A stretch of 64,000 nt of DNA from a virus: positions 3,939-67,938 of IMG/VR virus record IMGVR_UViG_3300038701_001282; one strand, 5' to 3'. Positions 49,002 to 59,313 of this stretch are shown piece after piece. The notes below the pieces were generated by a model, which was given only the letters and a program-made list of their open reading frames with translations, had not been told where the DNA came from and ran no database searches. The stretch's first letter is position 1; each line of letters starts with the position of its first letter. The translations under genes and the position numbers were made by a program.

Positions 49002-50825
49002 ATGGCGAGCAATGGACAATTAGTCATCTCTCTCACTAATGGGAATATGCTTGGCAGCAACGCTTTAGGCACCTTAGAGGGTATGAGAATAGGTGGCGGT
49101 ACAAATGGTTTAGCTGTTTGGGCAAATGCTTGGCAATTCCAAGATGTGATGAAGAACTCACGCGGTTGGAATGATCTAGGTGGCACTGGCGCATATGAGG
49201 TTAATAGATCAGATCATATTGTTAATATCGAAGGCGATAGATTACTACAAAAATTAGTAGCAAGCGATGTGATTGGTGATGATATACCACCCGGAGGTGT
49301 GTATACAGTCCGTAAAACTAATGGTAGTGCTAATTTAGAATATGGTGTTTCAAACTCAGGAGCACCTGGATCAACAGGATGGGTTACTGCTAGTGAAGTA
49401 ACCTTCACCCATACTCAGGGTGAGAATATTGTTTTATATGCTCGTAGTTCTGATGGATTGCCTGCATCATTAAGCGGATTTGAAATACTTGTACCTGGGT
49501 TTGTTGAAGGACAAACATTTAGAACAGAATGGTACAACTTCTTTGCTGCAATGAACTTGGATACTATCCGATTCATGGATTGGTCAAACACCAATGACAC
49601 ATACATCATGGAATGGAGCGAACGAACTCAGCCAGATGCACTCAGTTATACAGCAGCAAGACATGGAAAGACATTCATGGATCATGAAGATGGAACTATA
49701 GTTCATCATGTTCCTTATGAAGTTCAAATAGAACTTTGTAATTTAATTGGAGCAAATATTTGGATTAACTTCCAGACAAGATGCTCCTTAGCGTATGCCC
49801 AATCATACGGAGCCTTAATAAATTCAGATTTAGATGCTGGATTGGATTGTTATGCAGAATATTCCAATGAAACTTGGAATTGGCTGTTTAATGATAATGT
49901 TAGGTGGGCTTCATTCTTAGGCGCTGAAATCAGAGAAGCTGCAGGAACTGTAGGTAGTAATGTATTACCAATCAATGGAACAGCTCCTGCTGAAGATGCT
50001 TCATTATTTTTGTTCAAACATCCAGATGGCGGATTACGAGATGCCCCTGGCTCAATGAATTTTGGTGGTGTCACCTACCGAGCAATTAATGTTGGTGGAG
50101 GTACATTTGAACTTGTTACAGACGATGACCTCGACACTCCAGTAAACATTGCTGCCGATATGGATTATATATACTGGACAGAAGTTTCTGAAAATCCAAA
50201 CTACGGAGATATTGAAGTTACTGCAGAAAGAACTGGAGTACGCTCTGTACAGTTATGGGACTCTTTCGAGATAGGTCTTGCAAGCTCTCATACTTACCAC
50301 AGAGTCTTAGCTGGAGTTAGTGATTGGGTTTCAATCAATGAGAAGAAGGCTGGAGTTAATGGAGCAAATGGTGCTTATGATTACATGGCAATTGCACCGT
50401 ACTTTGATTTCCATGATACATATACTCCAGGACTAACTAATGCTCAATTAGCAGCATTAGATTTAACAGCGGCCAATAACAGATTAACTGAGTTACAAGA
50501 TCAGATTAACTCTCCATCAAACTTTAATTTAATTTGTTATGAGTTTAACAACCACACTATTCCAGTATACATGACAGGCGGTACTTTAGAAGAGCGAACA
50601 GCAGTAATGGATGCTTACTACAAGTCTCCAGAGTGTGTGACTGTGCTTCAACACTTTCTTCAAGAGATGGCCAACGATGGCGTTGAGCTTGTTTGTTGGT
50701 TTGTTGCAGATATATCTAATGGCGGTGGTTTTGGTTTCTGGGGTGTTCAAGACTCACTGAGCCAGCCAAACAGAGTTAAGTATCAAATGTTGATTGATTA
50801 TGCAGGTATCGTGGAGACCACCTAA
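49002..50825 (+). CDS. glycoside-hydrolase-like (clan GH-A-type barrel) protein, candidate depolymerase
   Basis: IRFMDW..TN, VPYE..IELCN.IGANIWIN, YAEYSNETWN (NE acid/base), AIAPYF, ICYE. Confidence 0.65.
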   Translation: MASNGQLVISLTNGNMLGSNALGTLEGMRIGGGTNGLAVWANAWQFQDVMKNSRGWNDLGGTGAYEVNRSDHIVNIEGDRLLQKLVASDVIGDDIPPGGVYTVRKTNGSANLEYGVSNSGAPGSTGWVTASEVTFTHTQGENIVLYARSSDGLPASLSGFEILVPGFVEGQTFRTEWYNFFAAMNLDTIRFMDWSNTNDTYIMEWSERTQPDALSYTAARHGKTFMDHEDGTIVHHVPYEVQIELCNLIGANIWINFQTRCSLAYAQSYGALINSDLDAGLDCYAEYSNETWNWLFNDNVRWASFLGAEIREAAGTVGSNVLPINGTAPAEDASLFLFKHPDGGLRDAPGSMNFGGVTYRAINVGGGTFELVTDDDLDTPVNIAADMDYIYWTEVSENPNYGDIEVTAERTGVRSVQLWDSFEIGLASSHTYHRVLAGVSDWVSINEKKAGVNGANGAYDYMAIAPYFDFHDTYTPGLTNAQLAALDLTAANNRLTELQDQINSPSNFNLICYEFNNHTIPVYMTGGTLEERTAVMDAYYKSPECVTVLQHFLQEMANDGVELVCWFVADISNGGGFGFWGVQDSLSQPNRVKYQMLIDYAGIVETT

Positions 50826-51421
50826 ATGAAAATATTTTATTCAAAAATTATTGACGGAGAACGTGATTTGTTCTCTGTAGAGCAAGATGTTACAGGATTG
50901 ACGACTATTATTGAAGGTCTTGAGTACCGAGTAATCAAGAATGTAACTATAGGCGAAGATAAAGTTAACTTCGGAGTAATACATGACTTAACTCCAGCAA
51001 AAATGGGATTAAGGCTTGGCGAGTTAGCAGAACTTTATGAAGATCAGGTTTCGTAATGATTGACTACTTCAGAAAGGCAGAGAGACGTTTGTACAAAGCC
51101 ATAAGAGATAAAGATGTTAACTCTTATAACGTTGCTAGAGATTCAATTACAAGTATGTTGAAGCGTCCTAAATTACGACTTACAAGCGATCAAATAACTT
51201 ATTACAAAAGCTTACTGGAACTAAAGATTTAAGGTTTAACAATGACACTGAATGAAATGAGGCAACTTGGTAAACAGCTTGTTGATGCCAAAAGAGATAA
51301 AGACCAGCAAGCATTTGACACATTACAAGAACAGTTAGCTCAAGAATATGAAGATAACCTTATAGGTATGTCACGAGAAAGCCGAATTCATTTCCAGCAT
51401 TTAATTAATTTACAGTTCTAG
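50826..51421 (+). other. three small coupled ORFs (50826-51056, 51056-51232, 51242-51421)
   Basis: read by hand; 76, 58 and 59 aa. Confidence 0.5.
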
Positions 51422-51436
51422 ATAGGGGAAGATCTA

Positions 51437-52885
51437 ATGGCTCGACTCGCAGGCCCAACAATTGCAGAACTAACATCTACATACACGTCCAACTCATTTA
51501 ATGGCTTTGGTTCTGGTATTACGTCTAAGCCAGAATTTATTGCAGATGTTGCTGGAACAGTTACTGGTGTACGAATAGGCGTAAATGATTTCGGAACAGA
51601 CAACTATATTGAAGTTCAGTTATTTAAGAGAACAACCAGTTCAGGTGTTTTTACATTAGTAGGTACAGGTAATACTCCTACAGGTACAGCGTCACCTCAA
51701 TTAATAACATTGACGATAACAGGTGATGCAACTTGTTCAATTGGAGATGAGTTCTGTATTCTCCAGTTTGGTGATGTGTCTGCAACAGACGCTGGTGCAA
51801 CCTGGCGTTCTGCAAATGACGGCTCAGTTGCTCAAGGGGCTGACGGAGGTCTCGCAGGAGTTGATGGAGCTTTAGAAGGAAATCCTCCTGCCACATTCGA
51901 TCTTGATGCGATTGGAACTGAAACAGCAGGTTCATTCTGGATGCAAGTGGATGGTACTGCTGGCTCTTCAGACACTACACCTGATTCATTCAGTTTCACA
52001 GACTTAACTGGTCAAGTAGTTTCCAGTGTAATTGAGTCCAGTGTTGTAACTATTACTGGTATTGATGCAGCCACTGCTATTAGCATCTCAGGCGACGCTT
52101 CTGCAGAATTCCGAATTTCAACTGATGGCGGGACTACATTTGGTTCCTACACCAATGTTGCTACTACTGTTGAAGTCAATGATCAAGTACAACTAAGATT
52201 AACTTCATCCGCAAGTAACGTAACTAGCGTAGATGCTGTTCTAGATGTTGGTGGAGTCACTGATACTTGGACAGTTACTACTGCAGCCGCATCAGGAGAT
52301 ACTACCCCAGACGCATTTACTTTTACAGATGTAACTGATCAGACAGTTAGCACCCAAGTAGAATCAAACGTTATTGTAGTTACAGGTATTGACACTACAA
52401 CCCCAATCAGCATTTCAGGCACTGGTACTCCAGAGTACCGTATTTCTACAGATGGTGGAACCACTTTTGGAGCATACACTTCAAGTGCTGGCAATGTAGA
52501 AGTAAATGATCAAGTACAAGTTCGAGTAACTACTTCAGCATCGTTTTCGACAGCAGTGGATGCTGCTCTTAATATTGGAGGAGTAATTGATACTTTCTCT
52601 GCAACTACTGGAGCTGCACCTGTATATGGCGTAACAGAGACTTTAGAGACTCTTGGATCACCAGGCACATTTGAACCAGACAAAGAATATTTCTTCACTG
52701 TACTAGACGCCACTACGCTAGCAATTGTAACTGGCCCTACAGCTCAAACAACCTCAAGTGGTGTATTTACAATCACTGGATTGTCTGACGCTACTGAGTA
52801 CATAGTAGTTGTAGTAGATGATGCAGATGGAGACAATCTTTCTAACACTCGTGCGTATAGATTAACTTCAGCGGAGATCGTGTAA
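51437..52885 (+). CDS. Ig-like repeat structural protein
   Basis: two about 105-aa repeats DTTPD.F.FTD...ES.V.T.TGID...ISTDGGTTFG.YT... Confidence 0.75.
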   Translation: MARLAGPTIAELTSTYTSNSFNGFGSGITSKPEFIADVAGTVTGVRIGVNDFGTDNYIEVQLFKRTTSSGVFTLVGTGNTPTGTASPQLITLTITGDATCSIGDEFCILQFGDVSATDAGATWRSANDGSVAQGADGGLAGVDGALEGNPPATFDLDAIGTETAGSFWMQVDGTAGSSDTTPDSFSFTDLTGQVVSSVIESSVVTITGIDAATAISISGDASAEFRISTDGGTTFGSYTNVATTVEVNDQVQLRLTSSASNVTSVDAVLDVGGVTDTWTVTTAAASGDTTPDAFTFTDVTDQTVSTQVESNVIVVTGIDTTTPISISGTGTPEYRISTDGGTTFGAYTSSAGNVEVNDQVQVRVTTSASFSTAVDAALNIGGVIDTFSATTGAAPVYGVTETLETLGSPGTFEPDKEYFFTVLDATTLAIVTGPTAQTTSSGVFTITGLSDATEYIVVVVDDADGDNLSNTRAYRLTSAEIV

Positions 52886-52886
52886 C

Positions 52887-55124
52887 GTGGCATTAGTTTG
52901 GGGTACTCAAGGACAAAATAGCAATTTAGCGTGGGGTTCTCAGGAATCAGTTGCACCTACTTCTGCTATTACTAACGTTAGCGGTACATTCACTCCTGGT
53001 GGTACCCTGACTATAACTCACACTGGATTAGGCACTCTTACAACTGCTACGTTGGGAGGCCAATCCCTTACAATAACTGATGGAGCATCGAACCCCTCCA
53101 CAGTTGATATCCCTGCAGACATAGCATTAAGACGCGAGGATACATACACATTAACAATCGGAGATGGCACATCAACTGCATCTCAAATTAGTAATACTCT
53201 TACTACAGAAGCTGGTAGCACTGCAACAAACTTTAATGGCGTTGTACCAGATCCAGCAGAAACCGAAAGCTTTTATGAGCTTATTTTAAATGATGGTGTT
53301 GGTACTCCAGCTATTGATGACCAGTTAATCTGGACAAACAATACCAACATGACAGTAGATGCTCAATGGCAACCAGACATCATACCTTATACTTCAGATG
53401 TAACTGGTACCTACAGATTTTGGGATAACTCTGCTGGAACATTGAGTGCTCCTCAGGCATACTCGATTGAGCAGACAGATACTGCACCTGATGCCTTTAC
53501 CTTAACTGATCAGACAGATGTGGCATTAAGCACTCAGATTGAGTCAAATGTTATTACAGTTACTGGAATAAACGCAGCAGCTTCTATAATTATATCTGGA
53601 ACTGGAGCTGAATATAGGGTATCTACTGACGGTGGAACCACCTTCGGTGCTTATACAAGCACAGGAGGGACTGTAGATGTTGATGATCAGGTACAGGTAA
53701 GACTTACCTCTTCAGCTTCAAATAGCACAGAATCAACTGCTACTTTAACTATTGGTGGTGTATCAGATACTTGGAATGTTACCACAGAAGCATTATCACC
53801 TACTGGAACAATAGCTGAAACTCTAGCAGACTTTACTTCTTCTGCGACAGGAGCAGCTACAGCAAGCGGTACAATCACTGAGAGCTTAGAAAGCTTTACA
53901 TTGACAGCTACAGGAAGTTTGATTCAGACATTGACAGGCTCTATTACAGAGACTCTGGAAGATACCACAAGTAGCATTAGTGCAGATGTTGAAGTTGGTG
54001 GCATAGCATTTAATGTGCTCGAAGACACTGAGTCAACTGCTTCTGGTGTTGTAGGATCGCCTCTTCTTGGATCTATCTCTGAAACTACAGAAGATTTTAC
54101 TTCCGCAGGTTTTGGTGGAATAGGTCAGATCTTATTTGGGTTTGTATCTGAAGACTTAGATTCAGTATCAAGCTCAGCAGCAGGGGAGCTTACAGTTTCA
54201 GGTACATTGGCTGAGACTCTAGATGAGCACACCTCGACAGCTTCTGGTAGTTCATTTGTCTCTGGGTCATTAACTGAAACCTTAGAAGATCAAACAGCTA
54301 CAGCAGCAGGCAGTGCATTCATTGGCGGCTCAATAAATGAATCAACTGACGATATGACATCATCTGCGGCTGGAACAATCGTAGTAGTAGTTCTGGGTAG
54401 CTTAGAAGAAGACACAGACAATGTAACTTCTACTTTCGTGGCTGAAGTTATTGGTAATGGTAACCTAGAAGGCAGTGTAGAGGACTTTGAGTCTGTTATA
54501 TCAGCACTTGCTAGAATACCAGGAACTATCTCTGAGACCTCTGAGGACTTTACTGGAGCGCTCTCTGGTGGGGTAATTATTGCAGGTACAGTAGATACTG
54601 ATACAGGCGATGTAAATTCTAGTACTGCTGGCTTAATAATACAAGATATTGTTGCGACTGGTACTCCTACTACTGCAGATATGACTGTAGTTTCAACAGG
54701 AGAGCTTGGTGTTGGATCTATGATTCAATTAGCCATAACTCAAATGCATACTTGGCTTCCTGACAACAATGTGCTATCGAACGATCAAATGGAAGCAATA
54801 TTAATACCATTGTTTGATAGCCTAGGTGCTGAGAACTACCCTGAGATCTTGTGTAAGGCTCTAGAAAGAGCAGCACTGGCTAATAAGGCTAAGGCTACTA
54901 CTTCTTACGGATTAACCAAAGAGAAGGTTTACAATGCCGAATACATGTATTCAACAGGTGGTAAGTCTCCTGCAGAGTTATGGGATGATTACATTAGAAG
55001 CTTATCAGAAATATGCCCAATATTTGGTTACAACAAACCAGTATCTTTAGGTATTAGAGTTGGAGTTGCTGACACAGTAGAAGCTAACCCTTACTGCAAG
55101 AAGAAGCCTGATTCACTTTACTAG
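52887..55124 (+). CDS. Ig-like and acidic repeat fibre protein fused to putative head-tail adaptor
   Basis: third copy of the DT.PD repeat, about 14 G.I.ET.ED.TS repeats, globular C-terminal 130 aa at adaptor position. Confidence 0.65.
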   Translation: MALVWGTQGQNSNLAWGSQESVAPTSAITNVSGTFTPGGTLTITHTGLGTLTTATLGGQSLTITDGASNPSTVDIPADIALRREDTYTLTIGDGTSTASQISNTLTTEAGSTATNFNGVVPDPAETESFYELILNDGVGTPAIDDQLIWTNNTNMTVDAQWQPDIIPYTSDVTGTYRFWDNSAGTLSAPQAYSIEQTDTAPDAFTLTDQTDVALSTQIESNVITVTGINAAASIIISGTGAEYRVSTDGGTTFGAYTSTGGTVDVDDQVQVRLTSSASNSTESTATLTIGGVSDTWNVTTEALSPTGTIAETLADFTSSATGAATASGTITESLESFTLTATGSLIQTLTGSITETLEDTTSSISADVEVGGIAFNVLEDTESTASGVVGSPLLGSISETTEDFTSAGFGGIGQILFGFVSEDLDSVSSSAAGELTVSGTLAETLDEHTSTASGSSFVSGSLTETLEDQTATAAGSAFIGGSINESTDDMTSSAAGTIVVVVLGSLEEDTDNVTSTFVAEVIGNGNLEGSVEDFESVISALARIPGTISETSEDFTGALSGGVIIAGTVDTDTGDVNSSTAGLIIQDIVATGTPTTADMTVVSTGELGVGSMIQLAITQMHTWLPDNNVLSNDQMEAILIPLFDSLGAENYPEILCKALERAALANKAKATTSYGLTKEKVYNAEYMYSTGGKSPAELWDDYIRSLSEICPIFGYNKPVSLGIRVGVADTVEANPYCKKKPDSLY

Positions 55125-55134
55125 GAGATAACAT

Positions 55135-55533
55135 ATGTATGCCAAATCATTATGGGAATCCGATGAATTAGTATTCTCTAGTGTAGATCCTAGTGCTGGA
55201 TACTATGATGAAGATATGTCTTGGGTAGAAGGGGCTAGAGTAGACTCTAGTCCTATTCAAGGCAGCTTACAACCACTAGATGGTACCCATGCTAGACAAG
55301 TTACTACTCCAAGAGGAGTTACCTTAGAGGGGGCATGGATGTTTGCAACTAAGGATGGGAACTTAGCCTCTGCCGATGAAGTTACATTAGATTTGGCTCC
55401 CAGGACTACTATCCAAGGTAGGGAGTACTATGTAGCAAGGAAGGGAGATTGGACAAGTCCAGGCAACAGAGCCAAGCATTATTTGTATATCCTTCTTGTT
55501 TGCCCAAGAGACACTAAAGTATCGGAGTTGTAA
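55135..55533 (+). CDS. head closure/neck protein
   Basis: GSLQP...IQGREY.V...HY.Y; position. Confidence 0.7.
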   Translation: MYAKSLWESDELVFSSVDPSAGYYDEDMSWVEGARVDSSPIQGSLQPLDGTHARQVTTPRGVTLEGAWMFATKDGNLASADEVTLDLAPRTTIQGREYYVARKGDWTSPGNRAKHYLYILLVCPRDTKVSEL

Positions 55534-55967
55534 TGGATCTAATAAAAGGGGATAGATTCTCTAAGTTTTTAAATAGATTAGATTCTGCAAGTAAAGACTC
55601 CGTCGATATTGGCTGGTTTGCTGAGCAAGGATACCACTACTCAGGTTTAAGTTACCCAGATCTTGCACAAGTACATTTTAATGGGTTGTCAGTACCTAAG
55701 AGAGATATTTTAGGTGTTGCCTTATTCCTGCACAATCCAGCAACTGACAGAGATTTAAAAAATATAATTAAGTCTTGGATTGGAGAAGAGTCTGGCAGAT
55801 CAGAAGAGTTGTACGAAGCGATCGGTATGCTAGAGAAACATAATGTTAAAAAATCTTTTGGCAGTCCAGTACTAGGAGTTACAAATAACCCAACTCCATT
55901 ATTAGATACTGGCGACTGGAAAGAAAATACTCGCTACAAAGTAGAGTCGAAAGGGACTCTTAAATAA
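55533..55967 (+). CDS. neck/tail component
   Basis: V.IGWF...H..GL.Y..LA..H..G..VP.R...NPTPLLDTG. Confidence 0.75.
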   Translation: MDLIKGDRFSKFLNRLDSASKDSVDIGWFAEQGYHYSGLSYPDLAQVHFNGLSVPKRDILGVALFLHNPATDRDLKNIIKSWIGEESGRSEELYEAIGMLEKHNVKKSFGSPVLGVTNNPTPLLDTGDWKENTRYKVESKGTLK

Positions 55968-55975
55968 GGAGAAAT

Positions 55976-56545
55976 ATGGCAACTGATTTAAATGGTGTTC
56001 GTAACTCTCTTATTGCTGTAGCCAGGACTGCAATTGGATCGAGACTTTCTCAAGTACCAGGCCCAAATAGTACAACACTACCAGCAATTATAAAAGAGTT
56101 TAAGAAAGGTCATGAGCCAGATTTTCCTTTTGCTTCTATAAGTATTCAAGCAAGAAGAAGACAAGGTCTCGATACCATGACAGAGTTCTTAGATGAAGAT
56201 TTCATGACACAGTTTGTAAGATTTTATGATTACTTTGTGTCATTCACAGTTTTCGGAAGTGACGCTATGGAACTTGCGGGAGACCTGGAGGTACGTTTTT
56301 GTGATCAAACCTCTATAGCTCAACTCAAAGAAGATAATGTCTATCTGGTAGACACACAAGATATTATCTTGTCATCAGAACTTAGAGGAGAGGACTACAT
56401 AAGCATAGCTACTTTTAACATGATAGTAACTGTACCGGATCTGACTGAAACAGACTTAGGTTGCTTTGATTCTATGACGTTAAATGGAGAACTTTATCGG
56501 GATCAAGATGACCCAGATCCTACAACTTTTAATTTTGAAGTGTAA
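55976..56545 (+). CDS. tail completion/terminator protein
   Basis: position directly before sheath. Confidence 0.65.
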   Translation: MATDLNGVRNSLIAVARTAIGSRLSQVPGPNSTTLPAIIKEFKKGHEPDFPFASISIQARRRQGLDTMTEFLDEDFMTQFVRFYDYFVSFTVFGSDAMELAGDLEVRFCDQTSIAQLKEDNVYLVDTQDIILSSELRGEDYISIATFNMIVTVPDLTETDLGCFDSMTLNGELYRDQDDPDPTTFNFEV

Positions 56546-56563
56546 TTTATCAAGGGATATATT

Positions 56564-57946
56564 ATGGCAATAAACACAGTATCAGTTACAATCGACTTAG
56601 CTACTACTCCCGCTACTCAAGCTGGGTTCGGTACTCAGTTGTTTGTAAGTACTAATAAATTTTTTAATGAGAGAGTTCGAGTTTTCAACTCTCTGGAAGA
56701 TGCAGAAGATCTGCCTTCAAACTCAGATGAGTATAAAGCAATTTCTATGCACTTTAACCAGTCTCCAAGCCTACCGATTAAGATTGGCCGTAGAGATACA
56801 ACTCAAGTGCAATTAACTCCAATCAGTGTTGATGAAGGTGATGTTTTCTCTTTCACAATCACAGTTAATGATGGAGATGACCTCGACGTAACTTACACTG
56901 CTGGCGCTGCAGAGACTGCAACTGATGTTGCAACAGCTATTGTATCCCAGATCCAAGGTAATGCTGCTGTAGCTGCTCACGTAACTGCTACTGATAACAC
57001 TGGCTCATTGACTATCGTAGAAGATTCTGCAAGTGATTTCTTTTATATTTCAAATGCATCCTCTAACTTCACTTACACTGCAACCTCTTCTGAGACTCCT
57101 GCAGATGTACTTGATGCAGTTGAATTGGCAGATCCAGATTACTATGGTATTACTTTCAACGAGACTAATGATGCAACTGTATTGCTTATGGCTGCTCAGG
57201 CTGAAGCACGTAACAAGTTGTTCTTGTACTGTACTGCTGACACTGCTGTACTAACTGCATGGAATAAAACTGACTCAGGTGTTGATGTACTAGCTGACTT
57301 GAACTTAGTTTCACGTAGGCAATCTGTTGGTATCTTCCACCATGAAGCACAAGACACTTTCCCAGAAGTAGGTGTATTTGCTTATTTCGCTGGACGTGGA
57401 TATCAACCTGGAACTATTACTTGGAACTGGAAAACTATTTCAGGTGTAGGCCCAGCACAGAACCCAACATCAGGTGAAGTTCTTACTGCTACAGAGATTG
57501 GTTATGTTAAATCTCGTAACGCTAACACATTTGAGCGTGAAGCTGTAGGCACTATCTTTGGCCCAGGCTCTGTTGCTAAAGGTACTGGATCAGGTACTGG
57601 TGAGTGGATTGAGCATGTAACTTCTAAAGACTTCTTGACAGCTCGAATCACTGAAGCTTACAAGACTAAGTTCTATAATCTTAACAAGATTAGCTATAGC
57701 TCTGTTGGTATTAACAGCCAGAAGTCTACTCTAGCTACTGTACTTAACCGTTATGTAGAAACTGAGACTACTCCAAATATTCTGGATATTGATCGTCCTT
57801 ATGAGTTGATCTTCCCTCAGTCAACAGATGTATCTTTTGCTGATAAGGCAAGTCAAACATTACCAGTTAGTTTTAAAGCTTATTTGTCTGGAACTCAAAC
57901 TAGTATAGTAGTTCAAGGCACATTGACTTTTAACGCTAGCGTTTAA
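56564..57946 (+). CDS. tail sheath protein (DUF3383-like)
   Basis: T.AGFG..LF, PGTITW.WKT.SGV, GEWI..V...DFL.ARI. Confidence 0.9.
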   Translation: MAINTVSVTIDLATTPATQAGFGTQLFVSTNKFFNERVRVFNSLEDAEDLPSNSDEYKAISMHFNQSPSLPIKIGRRDTTQVQLTPISVDEGDVFSFTITVNDGDDLDVTYTAGAAETATDVATAIVSQIQGNAAVAAHVTATDNTGSLTIVEDSASDFFYISNASSNFTYTATSSETPADVLDAVELADPDYYGITFNETNDATVLLMAAQAEARNKLFLYCTADTAVLTAWNKTDSGVDVLADLNLVSRRQSVGIFHHEAQDTFPEVGVFAYFAGRGYQPGTITWNWKTISGVGPAQNPTSGEVLTATEIGYVKSRNANTFEREAVGTIFGPGSVAKGTGSGTGEWIEHVTSKDFLTARITEAYKTKFYNLNKISYSSVGINSQKSTLATVLNRYVETETTPNILDIDRPYELIFPQSTDVSFADKASQTLPVSFKAYLSGTQTSIVVQGTLTFNASV

Positions 57947-57964
57947 TAAGAGGATTTCAACATA

Positions 57965-58462
57965 ATGATTTTACCAGCATATATATCTAGAAATATTGCT
58001 ATGGCTTGGGGAGACATCACGTTTGATGGCCTAGCTCCTGAGTTTTTAACGATTACTCCTAACGCTGACATCTCCAGTACTGTAGTAGGTGCAGATGGTG
58101 CTCGTGCTCCTTCAATCAGCCCTGACTACACCTGTCAAGTAGCTGTCACTTTGCAGCAGAATTCACCAACCAATCGTAAATTAGCTTGGTACTTGAATTC
58201 ACAACGTGCACAACGTGGCTTGGGTGTAATGGATTTCACTTTGAATGATCCTTCAGGTGGTACATTTACACTATTAAAAGAAGCATACTTACAGTCTGGC
58301 CCAGAGCAAGATTTTGGTTCAGAGCCAGGTACTCGTACTTGGACTTGGAATGCTGAACTTAACTATGATCAATTAGCATCTGGTGTTGAGTTTACTTCAA
58401 GCATTGCAGCTACTATTGAAGCTGAGATTAATGCAGCAGTAAGTTTATCTTTATCGCTATAA
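57965..58462 (+). CDS. tail tube protein (DUF3277-like)
   Basis: VGADG...V.L.QNSPTN...D.SGG....EAY.Q..PE..FG.E...RTW. Confidence 0.85.
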   Translation: MILPAYISRNIAMAWGDITFDGLAPEFLTITPNADISSTVVGADGARAPSISPDYTCQVAVTLQQNSPTNRKLAWYLNSQRAQRGLGVMDFTLNDPSGGTFTLLKEAYLQSGPEQDFGSEPGTRTWTWNAELNYDQLASGVEFTSSIAATIEAEINAAVSLSLSL

Positions 58463-58473
58463 TTAAATAGAAA

Positions 58474-58526
58474 GTCCTACCTCGAAAGCCTCTTAATAAT
58501 GCTCAAACTTCGGGGTAGGCATTTTA
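58474..58526 (+). terminator. large-loop hairpin after tube gene
   Basis: CCTACCTCGAA/TTCGGGGTAGG 11-bp stem then ATTTT. Confidence 0.45.
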
Positions 58527-58550
58527 ATAAATAATTGTTGAGAGAGAACA

Positions 58551-59090
58551 ATGAAAGAGCTTAAATCATCTGATATGCAAGCAGAGCTTGGTATCAAAGA
58601 AGAAACTATCGATGGTCATCGATTTGAGATTAAATTATTGCCTTGTGGCCCAGCAGGTGAATTATTCATTGAAATTATGGATATCATAGGCCCAGGATTA
58701 GGTACTGTAGTAGATAAGATGCAAAACTATCACTATATAGAACCAGAAGACAATACAGCATTTACCGAAGTAATTAACACTTTTACCAGTAAGTTAGCTA
58801 GAGGTAACTATAACACTGTATTAGATATTGTATTAGAAGGGTGTCTTATTGATGGCGTACCTTTTGACAGAAATAAACATTTACGAGGGAAGTTTGGTAC
58901 TTATGTATCTTTAGTTAAGTTAGCATTGGAGGCAAACTTCTCTGATTTTTTTACTGGTGTTCTCAGGGATATGGGTTTGGAAATCCCTACCTTGAGCGGC
59001 TTAATGGCAACGATCAAGGAGATGGCAGAGGAGCGTCAGTCGATGACTCAAGCAGTCTCGGAAGATTTGGAAAACGAATCTCAAGAATAA
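58551..59090 (+). CDS. tail assembly chaperone (G)
   Basis: between tube and tape measure; ends ALEANFSDFF region. Confidence 0.8.
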   Translation: MKELKSSDMQAELGIKEETIDGHRFEIKLLPCGPAGELFIEIMDIIGPGLGTVVDKMQNYHYIEPEDNTAFTEVINTFTSKLARGNYNTVLDIVLEGCLIDGVPFDRNKHLRGKFGTYVSLVKLALEANFSDFFTGVLRDMGLEIPTLSGLMATIKEMAEERQSMTQAVSEDLENESQE

Positions 59091-59311
59091 TTAAAGAGAA
59101 TGATTCTTTAGGTACTTGGAAGCAAGTTATATTCGATGCTTATTCATCTAAGTATTGTAAAATACAAGACTGGAGAGAGTTGTATTACAATTACTACCCT
59201 AAAGAATTTTTAAACCTCTTTGAATTTATTTGTCAAAAAGAAGCCATTGAAGAAGCAGTACATAAAGATGCTGAGGCAAAAGCTAAACAAGCTAACAATA
59301 AGGCTAGGTAA
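58551..59311 (+). CDS. tail assembly chaperone GT via -1 frameshift at 58946-58952 (253 aa)
   Basis: slippery T-TTT-TTT; -1 frame open for 119 codons to TAA 59309-59311, 2 nt before TMP start. Confidence 0.85.
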
Positions 59312-59313
59312 TT

